A stretch of DNA of 61,310 nt, counting the filler, from Cystobasidiomycetes sp. EMM_F5 (taxonomy: Eukaryota), in assembly GCA_051047955.1 (NCBI GenBank). It is 3 parts of 3 records of this genome, joined end to end, with 100 filler letters (N's around TTAATTAATTAA, not from the genome) between each part and the next. Parts side by side here need not be neighbours in the genome. Positions count along the whole stretch, not along the records: positions 1 to 26,811 come from JBPGPT010000070.1; 2 more parts are not named here. The stretch is one strand, 5' to 3'. The notes beneath the pieces were generated by a model. It saw only the letters and a program-made list of their open reading frames with translations, had not been told where the DNA came from and did no database searches. Below are positions 1 to 14,549 of this stretch, one piece after another (positions within the stretch are counted from its first letter, which is position 1; each line of letters opens with the position of its first letter). The translations under genes were made by a program, and so were the position numbers.

Positions 1-2
1 GC

Positions 3-93
3 CAATGAGGAGGTCACAGACACGCTGTTGTGCGAACGCAAGTGTGTATACTGCAATCAGCTAGCCGCTAGCATGTATGGACTTGATCTGGTT
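3..93 (+). repeat. Inverted repeat X, copy 1 (left end of contig 1)
   Basis: Reverse complement of 26719-26809: 91 bp with 3 transition mismatches (positions 17, 38, 84) by manual alignment. Confidence 0.95.
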
Positions 94-1805
94 GCTGTCT
101 TTCCCCACTTTTCCCTGTCCCATAATCTAGTATGATCAACTCTGCCTGCCTCACAGCTGTACAGCGTGTTATTAGCATCTGATATCGTCGGGATGAAATC
201 GCGATTCCCCTCATCATCTTTTTATGGTGACCTCTAATCCAAATTTGCAGGCACAGCGCAAATACTATCGATCAAAATGCGCATCAGATGGCTGTGCGTG
301 ACGTCTGTAGTACCCGTAAAAGCCAAAAATGCCCGCTGTACGTGGACTCTTTCGTCGTGCCACATGGACTAGGTACTGCCGCGGCTTCTCTCATGATGGG
401 TGCACGAATTCGGCCACCTCGTTGGTGCAGCAAGCCACTGTTGCGACCGGTCCCGCCTAAGGTTGGCTCGCTGACAGCTTTTTACGATAAGCATGCCAAT
501 TTGGCAATCGCCTGCGCTCGATATCTTCGAGGTATGAGACGGTATTTCTTGACGTTTTGGGAATGAAGTAGAAGGATGCTGCACCGCCAGCTGCAAGGGG
601 TGTTAAGAGGCGTACTGGGAGGATGCGATGTCTCGAAATTATTGAGCCCAGCAGGGTAGCGATGCCGACGCTACAGGGGGAGGGGGAGGGGAAGGGAGCG
701 AGATGAGAGAATGAGCTATTGAGTGTTGAGAGAATAGAGGGACGAATGTAGCGACGACTTACTATAGAAGGCCGGGATTGAGGTCTTCACCCGGTGCGTG
801 AAGCGATCTCAAGTGGCCTGTCGTACCGCACCAGGGTATGTGCGAGCGGCAATCGACATTAGGTCATTATCCCGTGCGCTCTGATGCGGACAGACACCCA
901 CGCTCAAACCCGCGTTCTGCCCCTATCAGATCCGAGGAGGCAATCCTGAAATGTGTGCGCAGCTGCGCAGCCAAAGCTTCGGACGTCTTGCGCGCGGACG
1001 ATACTTGGTGCTGCAAGGCGGAGGGAGGTAGAGGGACGAGGACGACCGGCGAGGAAGGGTGGTCGTAGATGGACAGATGCGCTGGCGGCGTCTACGGATG
1101 ACACAGGAGAGACAGCATCAGCTCGGACGCGCCAGGAGAGAGGACCGCATAGCCGTCTTTGCGCAAAGCAGCGCGAGCTGTGAAGGGCCCACGCAGACAT
1201 GTTGGATTGACGTACAGCGTCGGGGGAAGGCATGATGGGTATGCAGAGAGGCGGCGGCGACACGGCGCACTACTAGGCTGCAGGATACAGAAGAGTACGG
1301 CGTCCGCAGGCGTAGTCACTGCAGTCCAGGACCAAGTCGGCACAAAGCTTTGGTCGAGTGGAAACAAAAGAAAAGAAAGGGTTCTCCGATGAGCGCAGGC
1401 CACTTTTAAATAATGTTGGTCGGCTCCTCGTCAACGCTGCGCCATACAAACCTGACAAGCTGCCTGCTCTCTCCAGCTGCTGCACGGCACCCACTGCTAC
1501 GCTCGTAAGGACCTCGCTCGGACACTCGTCTCTTGTGTCCCGTAGCGCGCTCTGGACGTTTGGTGTTGAAACATTCAAAGTACCACACACCCACGGCCAG
1601 CATTGACAGCGAATTGGAGTGTTTTGCACGCGTAAAGCTCCCCACAAGGCAAGCCAACTGCCTGTAGCCGCATCGACCAGTCATCGCCGCGACGAAACCG
1701 CCTGACGCGCGAAACTGTGCCCATCTTACTTGGGCCTAGGCGGAACGGCAGACAACCTCTGCTCTGCTCACGGCGCAGATAGAGTATCAATAGTCTGCGC
1801 GATCC

Positions 1806-4730
1806 ATGGCTTCCTCTTGGAACGGTGCGGCCCTGCAACCCTCGCGACCGGCGCCCCCTGTACCGGGATCTACGGGTGCTGCATGCCACAATGCTCCAGC
1901 TAGCACAGCTCCTACAGGCTCACTCCGTCCGCTGCTCACGACTGCATCATCCAGCTCATCGGCTCGATCAGCTCAGAGTGATGGACTGTCGCGGTCCATG
2001 CACGGGCTGAATCTAAACCCCGGCTCGTTCAATTCCGCTGATTACGCCCAAACGCGCACCTCTCAACCGCAGCCGCAGTACAGCACAAGCCAAGCACGAG
2101 GAGGCCCTTCGACACCAGCGCCAAATCGCCATGGCTTCATTCGCGATGGCCCGGTACAAACCAAGGAGGATGGTATACGCAGCATGTTTTTCGTAAAGCG
2201 CTATGCTATTCTCAGGGACACGGCGCTAACGTTTCACAAAAGTAAAGAGGTGGGTCTATTCGTGCGATCTTACATCTCCCAGTATCCGACTTATCCGTTT
2301 ATCCGCATCCGCCTTAACCCTCAATACGAACTCTCGATACGAACTTTTAACACGGCGCATTCGCATTACACAGGCTGCTGGAACCGCCTCTGCGATAATA
2401 TTTCTGCGGGACATAGACGCGATTTCGCGTACAGACCTGAAACCATACTGCATCGAAATATCTTGTAGAGACAAGACAATGTATATGGTGTGTAGAACTC
2501 ATGGCTACTCCTCAATTTCCCGCAGATAATGATGATGCGCTTCCTCCCCTTTTCGTCTCAATAGTCAGTAAAGAGCGATGACGAGCTCTATGGCTGGATG
2601 GACGACATATACAATAGCTCACCCCTCGGTGCCTCGGTGCCGACAAACTTCGTGCATCAAGTGCACGTTGGCTTCGATCCCGTCTCAGGAGCATTTACAG
2701 GCCTTCCAGAACAATGGACTCGCTTGCTCACTTCGAGCGCCATAACCAAGGAAGACTATGCGCGAAATCCGCAAGCAGTGCTGGATGTATTGGAATTTTA
2801 TACCGAGAATCAACGGCGGGGTCAGGACGAATGGGGCGTACCTGGCTCTGGCGGAGTGTCCGACTACATTGGCAGCATGGCCAGCGTCAAGCCGAGCTCC
2901 CAGGCGTATCCGCCACCTCCCCCCGCAACACGTTTTGTCACAGGAACCGGCTATTCCGGTGCGGATTCGTCAAGATCACAATCGCCCTTTGCGCCGGTAG
3001 TGGATTCTACCTCTTCTACCTCATTCTCCGCATCCGTCAATCCAACTCGAGACGCTATCTCCTTCACCACTTCCGCGGACGGCTTGTCCAGCAAATTACG
3101 TAACGGAGCGACGCCCACGGCTACCAACGAGAAGTATCGCGCGCCCGTTCCTCCGACAATCGAAGATGCGCACTTGCAAACTGCGAAATTAGCGCAGCCG
3201 ACCTTCGTAAACCCTAGTAGTCGAGTAAAGGGGCATGAAAATGCAGAGCGGAGGGACGTCGATGCGGGACCAAAGTCACATCATACCAAGACTCCTACAG
3301 ACTCCATAGCTATACGCGACGTCCGAAACCCGTCCGGCGATGCACAATCAGCATTTGATGGCGCCGGACCGAATACATTAACATCAGCAATACCGGTCTT
3401 GTCGCAGCCGGCTGCCCGTCAGATTGCCGATTCGCAGATGAGTCGCGCTAAACTCAACAGTGCAGTTGCCCCCTCCAGAAGTCCACCGACCGCGCCGTCT
3501 TTGCACCCAGCGGTCAAACCGTTGCAAGCCGCGAAGCCGCCGGCGAGTGCAGCGAGTGGCACCGGTACTGCTGGTCAAGAAGACAAGCGCATTTCGTCAA
3601 TGACAGAAGCTCAAATCACGGCGAAGTTACGTAGTGTCGTTTCGGCTCGAGATCCGTCCAAATTATACGCTAAAATCAAGAAGGTCGGTCAAGGCGCGTC
3701 TGGTTCAGTCTATGTTGCCAAGGATCTGGAATCCGGCACCAAGATTGCGATCAAGCAGATGGATCTTTCCGCGCAGCCCCGGAAAGAGTTGATCGTCAAC
3801 GAAATCCTGGTTATGAAGGATTCGAAGCATCCAAACATTGTCAACTTCCTAGACTCTTTCCTGGTGAAGAATAACGAGTTGTGGGTAGTGATGGAGTATA
3901 TGGAGGGTGGAGCTCTCACGGATATCATCGACAACAATACCTTGGAAGAAAGCCAAATTTCCTGCATATGCTTTGAGGTGTGTCTGCTCAGCCTGTCTGA
4001 CAAACTGTTCTGCTGATGAAGGTTGATCTGATTTATGAGTAGACGTGCAAGGGCTTGCAGCATCTGCACAATCAACACATCATTCACCGGGATATTAAGT
4101 CCGACAACGTTCTGCTGGACGCGTTCGGACACGTGAAAATAAGTGAGAGCTCGCGAGGTTAGCATTAGCAGATATTGCATTAACACCGTGTCTCGGTAGC
4201 CGATTTTGGATTCTGCGCAAAGCTCACAGATCAGAAATCCAAGCGAGCAACCATGGTAGGCACGCCTTACTGGATGGCTCCAGAGGTTGTCAAGCAGAAG
4301 GAATACGGCGCTAAAGTGGATATTTGGTCTTTGGGTTCGTGGTATCTTTGCGCATACTGCTGGTGAGAGACTGAGTGCGACCATCAGGCATAATGGCAAT
4401 TGAGATGATTGAGAACGAGCCTCCCTATTTGGATGAAGAACCGCTGAAGGCACTCTACCTGATTGCGACAAATGGCACACCAACACTCAAAAGGCCAGAC
4501 AAGCTTAGTCAAGAATTAAAGAATTTTTTGGCCGTATGCCTGTGTGTGGATGTGAAAAGTCGAGCAACAGCGGACGAACTGGTGCGAGTAAGCCGGCTGA
4601 TACGGCAATTGCTTCGATGCACGGCAGACTGACATCAAGCGCGCACCTGAAACAGCACGAGTTTCTCAGCAAGGGGTGTGAGCTATCCGGATTAGCAGCC
4701 TTAATGAAGTTCAAAAATGGTAGTCGGTAA
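1806..4730 (+). CDS. STE20: PAK kinase with PH-CRIB-kinase layout (STE20/CLA4 type)
   Basis: Spliced ORFs give a PH domain ([19 protein letters not shown]...[11 protein letters not shown]), CRIB ([25 protein letters not shown]) and kinase motifs ([28 protein letters not shown]). GT-AG introns, e.g. 2250-2373 and 2488-2564. Confidence 0.93.
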
Positions 4731-5206
4731 ACTCAGAGTGAAACCAGAGAACGCCTCCGCACTGCGAAACATTTGGTTTATGGTAACCTCCCGGCCAAAA
4801 TTGTCACTTTGTAAGGAGCTGCTGCACGAGAGGAATCTACTGCCTGATATCACCAATCCATTAGCAAAGCACATGGTTCTTCAACTGAAAGTGCGCATCA
4901 TTAGGGGCGACGAGCTGACTCGTCTCGCAAGCAGTAGGCGGAATCGAAGACGGTCCTGTAAGATACACTTACAGCACACGATTTATGACAGCAGGGGCCG
5001 GCAGGACAACATCAGGGATGTATGGAGGATGATGACGCGAATCTTGGTGAGAATTGACTCAGCCCAATACATACGCAGCAAAGCGAAAGAAATATTGCGC
5101 AGCGCCGACAAACAATGACGATCACCCAATCACAACACGGAGGAATTGGCTGGAGTGGCATGCATTTCGTACACACAGCAGAGGATGCTTTGTAGTGAGT
5201 CGACGA

Positions 5207-6089
<883 letters not shown>

Positions 6090-6772
6090 GCTTGCTTGCT
6101 GGCTTGCACCGTCTTAGGTCAGTCCCTTACGGCAGGTCCAGCACTCCCTGGCCGCGAAATTCCAGCTCTGATCGACTTGGAAAAATCACAGAAGCCGCTG
6201 AAGCGCCAGCCGCGACGTTGAGAGGGGGTGAGAGAGAGCGTATGGCGGCGCGACGCGAGTATTGGGTGATGGGTTTGATCCTGTTGCATGCAACAACGGC
6301 GTTTCCCATCATCTGCTGAAATAAATTCGCGAGACACACAACGGTACCAAATTTGAAGATCACGAGACGCCGGCGCCCAGCAGGATGCTTCAGTCTCAAA
6401 CAAGCAGAATTCCATGCTGAAATACATTATAGAAGTCACGACTGTCACGATCCTCTGGCATCGCTTCGGGAAGTTGGCTCAGATAGTCTCCTAGACTCGG
6501 CACTAATCGTGATGGATTTCTCTCTGCGCTTTTGTAACTCAAGCTTGCGCAACTACCGCTGTCGGCGGAATGATGCACAACGGGCGACTTCGTACGAGAT
6601 TCAGGCTGCTCTGAGCAGACTTCCGATACCATTTGTATCATCTCGACGCTCTCGCTGCCTTCGTAATGAGAGCTCATGTACTGCAGAAGTCTGCGAATAC
6701 GAAAGGTGCTCGAACACGCTCGAACACGTCCTCATGCTGATCCCGCCGGCATGAAACGGCAAGTCACAACGA

Positions 6773-8099
6773 TCAATTCTCGGAGGAGACCAGATGGGCG
6801 TCCCTGTCGTTGATCGAAGTATCCTCGTATTTTTTGTTTAGGCGCGATCTTGCCAAACGTCTCCATACATCTGCACAGTCGTCAATCAGTATGTCCGTTC
6901 AGTATCAGTGCCAAGACAAAGATCAAACCGCCTACATTCGCCGGCGGATATGGGCGGAAACTTGACTTCTTCGCCTTCTTTCAAGCACGTCGGCGCAGTC
7001 TCGATCATAGCATCGTAAGCTTCGCAAGCAGTAATCAGATCTCTGTTCAAGCAGCGTCCATTCTGCCAGGACCTACAGAATCCAAAAAATACAGGTACCG
7101 AATAGCGTTCCATTCCAGTCTTGTTGATGACTCGATGAACAGTCGACAAGAAGCGGTTGTTTGAGCAACGACAGAGCATGTCCCCAAGATTAACAACCAA
7201 GGTGCCAGGAATGGGAGGTGCTTCGATCCATTGACCTGACTTGTTCAGAACTTGTAGGCACGACAAATCTGAGCCCTGCGCCAGAAACGTGAGGCACTCG
7301 ATGTCTGCGTGTGCTCCGATGCCCAGGGACGCGGCGTCCGGTGGCTGAGCTGGATAATGCAGCAGACGGCCAAGACATCCAGGCGTTCTGACAAAGTCGT
7401 CGAAATACGTCTCCGGAAGGTTTAGGGCTAAGGCTAGGATGCCAATGAGTTTCCTGCCAAGCATGAGGACTTGCCCATAGTAGTGGAAAATGGTACTCTT
7501 CAGTTCGGGTTGAGCAGCCTGCGGTAAACACCATTTGAGACATCACGCGTGCGATACGCACTCGCTGCTACAAGGCACGTACAGGCCAGACGTTATCGCC
7601 TGTCATGGGGTTCTCTGGCAATTCTGGAGGACTGGACGATCCCGTGTATAGAGGGTCCGCCTGAATTTCATAGCCCCAGTTGAAAGCTTCTTTGCAATCC
7701 CCAGGTTTGTTCAACTCTTCGCCTTGTTTGGACACAGGCTCAAAACCACGGAAAATTGGGGACTTTAAATGGTGGATCGACATCTTCTCTCGATCCGGGA
7801 GGTTGAAGAAGTGTCGTGCTTGTGAGAAGAGTTCCTCCAATCCGCTGATGCCATGATCCCTGTTTCTCTGTCAGACCTGGAGTATCAGTAGACGCGGTAG
7901 TTATAACCTACTTGATGTAGAAGAACCCAATAGTCTGCGCTACATGGCGAATCTCGTCGACGAGTGTCTTTTTGGTTGCAGCATCGTCTTCGAACAAAGC
8001 TTTGACAGAGATAACTGGTATCGTATCGAAGGACGATTTGACCGCTGTATCCGACACAATCTTGCGCGACACACCGAGATAGTCCACAACTTCATCCAT
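6773..8099 (-). CDS. 2-oxoglutarate/Fe(II) dioxygenase (IPNS/DIOX_N family), copy A
   Basis: IPVIS...GFFYIK..HGI N-terminus, RLLHYP, iron triad HAD...STVHRV and RYS 2OG-binding motif. Confidence 0.9.
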
Positions 8100-8392
8100 G
8101 GCGCCGCTTCAGTCTTGGAGTAACAATTCTCATATGGTTGCTTTTCTGCGATGGCAGAGCCGGCCGGCAGCGGCCACCAGATCGGCACCTGGTCCGATAA
8201 GAAAATTGTCGTGCGCAAATATACAAAATTTTTATCAGTAGTGCAAAACAACAGTACTTGACATCGTCCGCACTGCGCGCTTGAGACCATAGCTGCGATT
8301 TCTCCGCCTATGCTAAAAATAAGTAGCTATAGGTACGTACAGACTCAGACGCTCAATACAGCGACAAATCATGCCTTCTGAATCAGCCGAGA

Positions 8393-9749
8393 CTATTTGT
8401 CAAGGACATAAGTGAAATCGTATCTTCGACGCATGAATTGTTCCACGGTTTCATAATCGCCAGTGTCGCTGGCACCAATGGGCTTGACTTTGGCATCCAA
8501 GCTGCCTTCCAAGAAAAAGGGTATGCTGTATCTGCTTATTCATCACGTCTTCAGGTGCGCACACGATAGCATGACTATGCACCAACAAACCTCTCTTGTT
8601 CAGTAGCGTTGATGACCCGATGCAGGCTAGACTTATACTTGTAAGGTCCGCTGATGTCAGACAATAGATCTGCTACGTTGACCACGTAGGAGTATGCTGG
8701 AGCTTCGACTGCATACCATCTGTTCTTGTAAGAGACTTGAAGGCCTGGGACGGACGGAGGCACAGCCAGCCAAGTTCTGTCAACGAGATGGCACACTTTA
8801 CTGTCTGATCTGAATCCTCGACAGTGGTTTAAGCAACACTCACGTTAGTCCGAAATCTGAATGCGGTGCTACCCCAATCTGGACGGATTCGGCTCTAGCT
8901 TCAGGTTGAGGTGGGTATCTCAGCAAACGGATGGCTGCTATAGGTTCGTCCAGCATGTCGTCAAAGTAATTCTCGGCCTGGTCGAGAGAAATTGCCACGA
9001 CCTTCATGAACAGCTTTGACCTGGCGTCGAGCGCTTCCCAATACCTGAAATACATTACATTGGAATGTTGATCATCAGCTAGCTGGCACTTGCTTGCGAT
9101 AGAACCTACTTTTGGCAAGTTGCGCGAAGACCAGGAACTTGACTATCATCGGGCAACAAGTTTGGACCATGTGCAAATCGCCCATAGTATCTGCAGTGTT
9201 TTCCATGTTTGTCATCGCCGATCATCCATCCCTCCTGTGGAGATACTGCGCTGTTCAGGGGAAGAAATCATACACGGACTTGTTGCAACTTGAAACCCGC
9301 CTTCAGATCCGGGACGCCGTGGTGAGCCTCATACTCTTTTGCATCGTGACCGCCTGCGACTTGTCCGTACAAAGACTGCTTGCCCATAACTGTCCGACAT
9401 GCACATGTCAGCACACACCTGGATGTCCCGCAATCTTCCTTTTTTTCTCCTACCCTCATAGCCTTTGCCTGTGAACAAGTCTCGCTGCAAAAGAGCGACC
9501 CGTTGGTTTGTAACCGCGACATCCTTACCACAAACTCACCTCGAATGCTGCTTTCTCTTCTTGCGGGAGCGCAAATAGTTTTTTCGATGCTTCAAAGAGC
9601 TCGTCTATTAAACTTGACGGGATGCCATGATCCACAAACGCCATAAAACCCGTCGTCTGTGCCGCTAACCGGAATTCCTGAGCGAGTCGTTTTCGTCCAT
9701 CTGCTGTGTCAAGGTTGGCCAAAGACAAGATGGGAACGACAGAAGTCAT
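8393..9749 (-). CDS. 2-oxoglutarate/Fe(II) dioxygenase (IPNS/DIOX_N family), copy B
   Basis: VPILSL...GFMAFVDHGI, PDLKE, RLLRYPPQ, HSD...SSLHRV and RYSIPFF across several exons. Confidence 0.88.
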
Positions 9750-9844
9750 GCTGTGCGTGACAGGATGGCTCTGAGTGGTGGTGGTCACTGCGGCAGGACT
9801 GCTCAGAGGCGTTACGCCTGCAATCGCCCGCAAAGGCGGAATCG

Positions 9845-9916
9845 CTTATCGCGTTCCTGAAAGCGCCGCTCTATCCGCCGATGCCGATCTTGTGATATTA
9901 CCTTATCGCTGATAAT
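9845..9916. promoter_or_regulatory. Cluster of GATA elements in the divergent promoter of dioxygenase B and the permease
   Basis: CTTATC twice, GATAAT and TGATAT within about 70 bp of a 245-bp divergent intergenic region; matches the AreA/Gat1-type HGATAR consensus. Confidence 0.45.
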
Positions 9917-9994
9917 CCCGGGACGCTTCTTTTCTTTCTCTCCTCATCTTACCATCTTGTCTCGCACTTAATTAGCCATTTCTGGCAGCGCATT

Positions 9995-12239
9995 ATGTTA
10001 AACAGAGGAGTAGTGGCAGAGCTGCCCAGGGCACCAACTCCAGATGACCTGGAAAAGGCTGCTGATCATGACACTCGAGTCACTATCCGCCAAACACACG
10101 ACTTTTTCGGCAGCAAACATGAACGCGCTGAGGCTGAAGCGATCATGCACGCTGAAGATCATGGTGAGTCCCCCGACGAGCTGACGGAAAGGGTCCAATG
10201 ATCTGATAAATCTCACAGTCCCCCGTCAAAAGGGCGTTTTCGCTCCCTTATGGCGATTTGTAGTCAAGTCTGCCGATTGGGGCGTCGAGGTTCGTGGCAT
10301 TGAGCGCGTTTCAGAGGACAACCGCACCCACACTCGCATTATCGACAATTTCACAATGTGGCTTTCCGTTAATGTAAGGAAGTATGGCCTTCTCCTTCAC
10401 ATGCCATGGCTGACATATCTCTCTTAGATGGCTATCACAATCTTTGGATTGGGTGTCCTTGGCCCGGCCGTGTTTGGCCTCGGACTCAAAGAGGCTTTGG
10501 CTACCATCATCGTGTTCAATGTAGGTAAGGTGTACGCTGCTTTTGACTCTCCTCTAAGGTCAAGCCTCGTTTGTGGGTGTAGTGCACGACCCACTTTTTT
10601 GTTGCCCTCTTTGCCGTTTGGGGCTGCAAGACTGGCCTTCGGACCTTGCCTCTGGCCCGCTTCAGCTTTGGCTATTGGGTTTCCTACATTCCCGTCCTAC
10701 TCAGTACGCCCTCCAGCCGCGAATCGCAACATGCGATACTGAGAGAAGTAATCAGATCTCATTGGTACTGTTGGATGGGCCACCGTCAATTGCATTGGGG
10801 GTGTTTCCGTGCTTCAGAACGTATCCACATCGAACCGAATACCCACGGCGCCAGTGAGTCGTACACTCTCGAATCTGCCAGTCTCTTACTTTTCTCGCCC
10901 CAGGCTGTAATCATAGTCGCTGGACTGACACTCATCCCGTGCTTCTTTGGATATAAATTTATCCATAAATGTACGCTGCTGGTCTTGCTCTGAGACACTG
11001 GGCCCTGGAGTGCTGATAGTGCTGTTGATAGATGATCGATACTCTGGGATCCTTCCAGGTGTCATTTTCATCATTCTTCTTGCCTTGGGAATTAGAAACT
11101 TCGAAGTAACTCCGTATGCTGGTTCGGGAGCGGTCGAGGCAGCCAAGGTCTTGTCTTTCGGTGCCACACTTGTCGGATCCTGCTTTGGTTGGGCGTCTTT
11201 CGTGAGCGTGCCTCCCCAGGCCCTCGTTAGCAATTCCAATTGGCTGACCTTGTCTGGGTCGAAGGGTGCGGATTGGTCAGTCAATCAGCCAGTGAATACA
11301 CCAGGCTGGAAGATCTTCCTTTATGTCTGGTGCGGGCAAAACGCCGGTCATCTGTTCACAGAAGGTCTGGGCGCTGCGTACGGTGCTGCTCTCGCTTCGC
11401 ACCCAGACTGGGCGAACGCCTACGCGACAGGAGATATCGTACGCAGCTCTCTTTGACCGCACTTAATATATCTAAATTTCCAAGGTTTAGGGCGGACTAC
11501 TTCGCATTGCTTTTTCACCTGCTAAAGGCTTCGGCCAGTTCCTCCAAGTCTTGTTGTGCCTCCAGATCGTGGCTGGAAACACTCCTAACATTTGTAAGTG
11601 CCTGTTGACTGACTGGTGCATCTGCATGAGCTTTGCTTATGTGTGATTGGTTGACAGACTCCTTCTGCATGACATTCCAAACGTTGGGTCCATGGTTCCA
11701 AGCCATTCCTAGAGCCGTCATTGTCATTATAATGACAATTCTGTACGCTGTTCTAGCGGGAGTTGGCGCTGACACGTAAGTGCTATCTAGTATGTGTTTG
11801 GGCCTCGTGACTAAGTTTTCTTCAGCTTTTCGAGCACGCTAACGAATTTGATCATTTTCCTCGGCTACTGGTTGTCAAATTTTTGCATCATCCTGTGCTT
11901 GGAGCACTTTGTCATTCGAAAGGGCAAGTGGAGCAATTACGAGTTGGACGAGTTTCAAAATTGGCGCAGACTGCCTCTAGGTGCAGCTGCGTTTGGAGCT
12001 GTCTGCATGGGCTGGGTTGGGGCTACAATGGGTATGAGTTCATCATTCTTTGTTGGCCCAATTGCGAAGAAGATCGGTGGATCAGGCGACATTGTGGGTT
12101 GCTTCGTCACTCTAGTGGCTCTGACCACACTATTTCTGATGTCATTAATCTCTATAAGGGCTGGGAAATGGCTATGCTGTTGGGCGGTCTCACCTATCTC
12201 CCACTACGTATCATCGAGAAGAAGTATTGGGGATATTGA
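9995..12239 (+). CDS. Purine-cytosine permease (NCS1, Fcy2/FcyB-like)
   Basis: WGVEVRGIERV, FTMWLSVN, GVLGPAVFGLGL, ADWSVNQP, FLGYWLS...LEHFVIR, LPLGAAAFGA; multi-exon and hydrophobic. Confidence 0.9.
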
Positions 12240-13380
12240 TATGGAAGTACATGGGCGTTGTTATTATGTTCTACGTTTGGACATCCGACCAGATTTCAGT
12301 GACTTTAACGTATAGAGAGCATGGTTTGGGATGTACAGCAATAAGGAAGCTATCCACCAACTTGGTGACATCAGCCAAAAAGGATCTGCGAATTGGATGC
12401 TTTGAAAAACGCAAAAAAGGCGTGTGCACACCTTGCTTGATGTGGTGACGGTCGAAAGCTTGCAATGCTTAGCGGAAGATCATCCTTAGCAGAGTTGTCG
12501 TCGTGATCCTGAAGGCAAACGATGTCCTCATTCCCGGAAGTACGAATCATATCAGCATTCGCTCGCATCGTAAGAGACTTCCATCGTCAAGACTCGGAGC
12601 CATTCCCAAAATTTCAGTGACTCGGATGGACAGGCTTGTGCGCCACTTCAGCGCAACAAAGATGCGCATACGCACTACCGAACCGCCTCTCCGCTTTGGA
12701 TATGAGCAGGGAGTGAGCCAGCGAGGAAGGTGCCGGCACAAGTTGCAATACCGCACATTAGAATGCCTGACTGTGAGATCTACTTCACATCTTGTTTATG
12801 AGTATGATCCAGCCTCAAAGACGTAGAACGCGTAAAACGGCGCGCACAGGGCTGAAGTCATAAGCAGGCTGGACGGTAAAGTACTAGACGAGGTGTCTTC
12901 TACGTCGTGACTGCCAGAGTCGTCGCCTTGATGCCGTGTGGTCTGTGTCATCAGCTTTGACGTTACTTTGCATCAGAAAGCGGCGAAACTGTCTGCAATA
13001 CAGTCGCAACCTCAGATCTCTCGGAATGCACTAGACGAGCGTGCGTTATTCTTATATGCAGGCTGGACTTGCGCCTGACATCCCTTGTGACAGTCGGGTA
13101 TCCAGCATCGGTCTGAATCAACGTCAGCTATACTATGCATGTCGAAACATCTGCGGTGACAGCAGCCACAAGTAGCGGTTGAGACGTTCTCGTGTGACGA
13201 TGAGAGAATATGCAGAAATTCACCGTTGTACCAGATTCAGAGGGGAGAGTCCGAGTTGGTTTTCGATCTCGGACTAAGCACAGGGAAGGCTGGGGGGAAA
13301 ATTCGACTTCACGCCCCTCGTCTTTCCCTCGAGGCTCCTCAAGAGGCGCGCACCGTCAACGTTGACACACTGCCACCACC

Positions 13381-14236
13381 ATGCCCGTCGCCGGTGTTCC
13401 TCGCAAGCACAGCAAAACCGGAAAGGTGCCACGCCGGCCATTCGAGGCGACACGTCTCGATGCCGAGCTCAAACTCGCTGGCGAATAGTGAGCATAGAAT
13501 GACTGGCGAACGATGGCGCCTGTTATGGCGATGCGGGAACAATGTCACTGACCCATCCTGCTTTTTCCTACAACAGCGGTCTTAGATCCAAATCCGAGAT
13601 CTGGTATGCTTCGCAGTTCCATCAACGGAACGTATAAAAGCACAAGCAGTATGCTGACATGCCGCTACCGTGACGCATCTGCATCATTATCAGGCGCATC
13701 GGCTTAACGCTTTCGAAGATTCGTCGTGCGGCCCGAGAACTGCTCAAACTTGAGGACAAGGATCCCAAGCGACTGTTTGAAGGGAATGCACTCATTCGAC
13801 GACTTGTTCGTATTGGAGTACTCGACGAGACTCGCATGCGCCTCGACTATGTTCTGGCTCTCAAGATTGAAGATTTTTTGGAGCGTCGCTTGCAAACGCA
13901 GGTCTTCAAGTCTGGTCTTGCCAAATCCATTCATCACGCCCGTGTACTCATCCGACAACGACATATTCGAGTAGGGAAGCAAATTGTAAACGTACCATCC
14001 TTCGTAGTGCGGTTGGATTCGCAAAAGGTCAGTCTAGCCACGCGCTGTGGTAGCATTGTCGTTCCCTCGCAGACAGAAATCACTAACTCCTCCTCATCTA
14101 CGATCCTGCATTTCAGCACATTGATTTTGCATTGACTTCGCCGTACGGTGGGGGTCGCGCCGGGCGAGTCAAGAGGAAGAAGGCGAGAGCGGCAGCAGGA
14201 GGTAACGCGGAAGCAGCCGAAGATGACGAAGAGTAG
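13381..14236 (+). CDS. RPS9: 40S ribosomal protein S9 (uS4)
   Basis: [22 protein letters not shown]...[11 protein letters not shown]...[30 protein letters not shown]...[14 protein letters not shown]. Confidence 0.96.
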
Positions 14237-14549
14237 ATGAACACCGAAGACATTTCTGCCTAGTCCAGTTGTTAAATGGTGGAGTCTGTCGGCACTGGCT
14301 AGCCCACTGCATTGGACATTCGCATGGTCATAATGTCACTAAGCTGCACCGGAGTGGGATTTGTTAGATTCAACCGGATGCAATCGGAAAGTTGCCTCAT
14401 GATTCAGGCCATTTTGCCAGCGTACTTCCTTACCGCTACACTCAGGTTGCGTCTCGTCTGAGTAGAAACGATGGGCAAAACCTATGATGACACTGGCACT
14501 ACTAAGTTGGCAATGGTATGCAGACACGAACCTTTGTGTCTGCCAATGT

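Noticed and set aside
3..93. X and Y as terminal inverted repeats of giant DNA transposons
   Set aside because: No transposase or tyrosine recombinase inside, the cargo is housekeeping genes, and target-site duplications cannot be assessed.
288..1700. Short overlapping ORFs upstream of STE20
   Set aside because: No recognisable motifs or coherent splice model; likely promoter/UTR.
2488..2564. C/D-box snoRNA in a STE20 intron (ATGATGA)
   Set aside because: No downstream CTGA D box or terminal stem within the intron.
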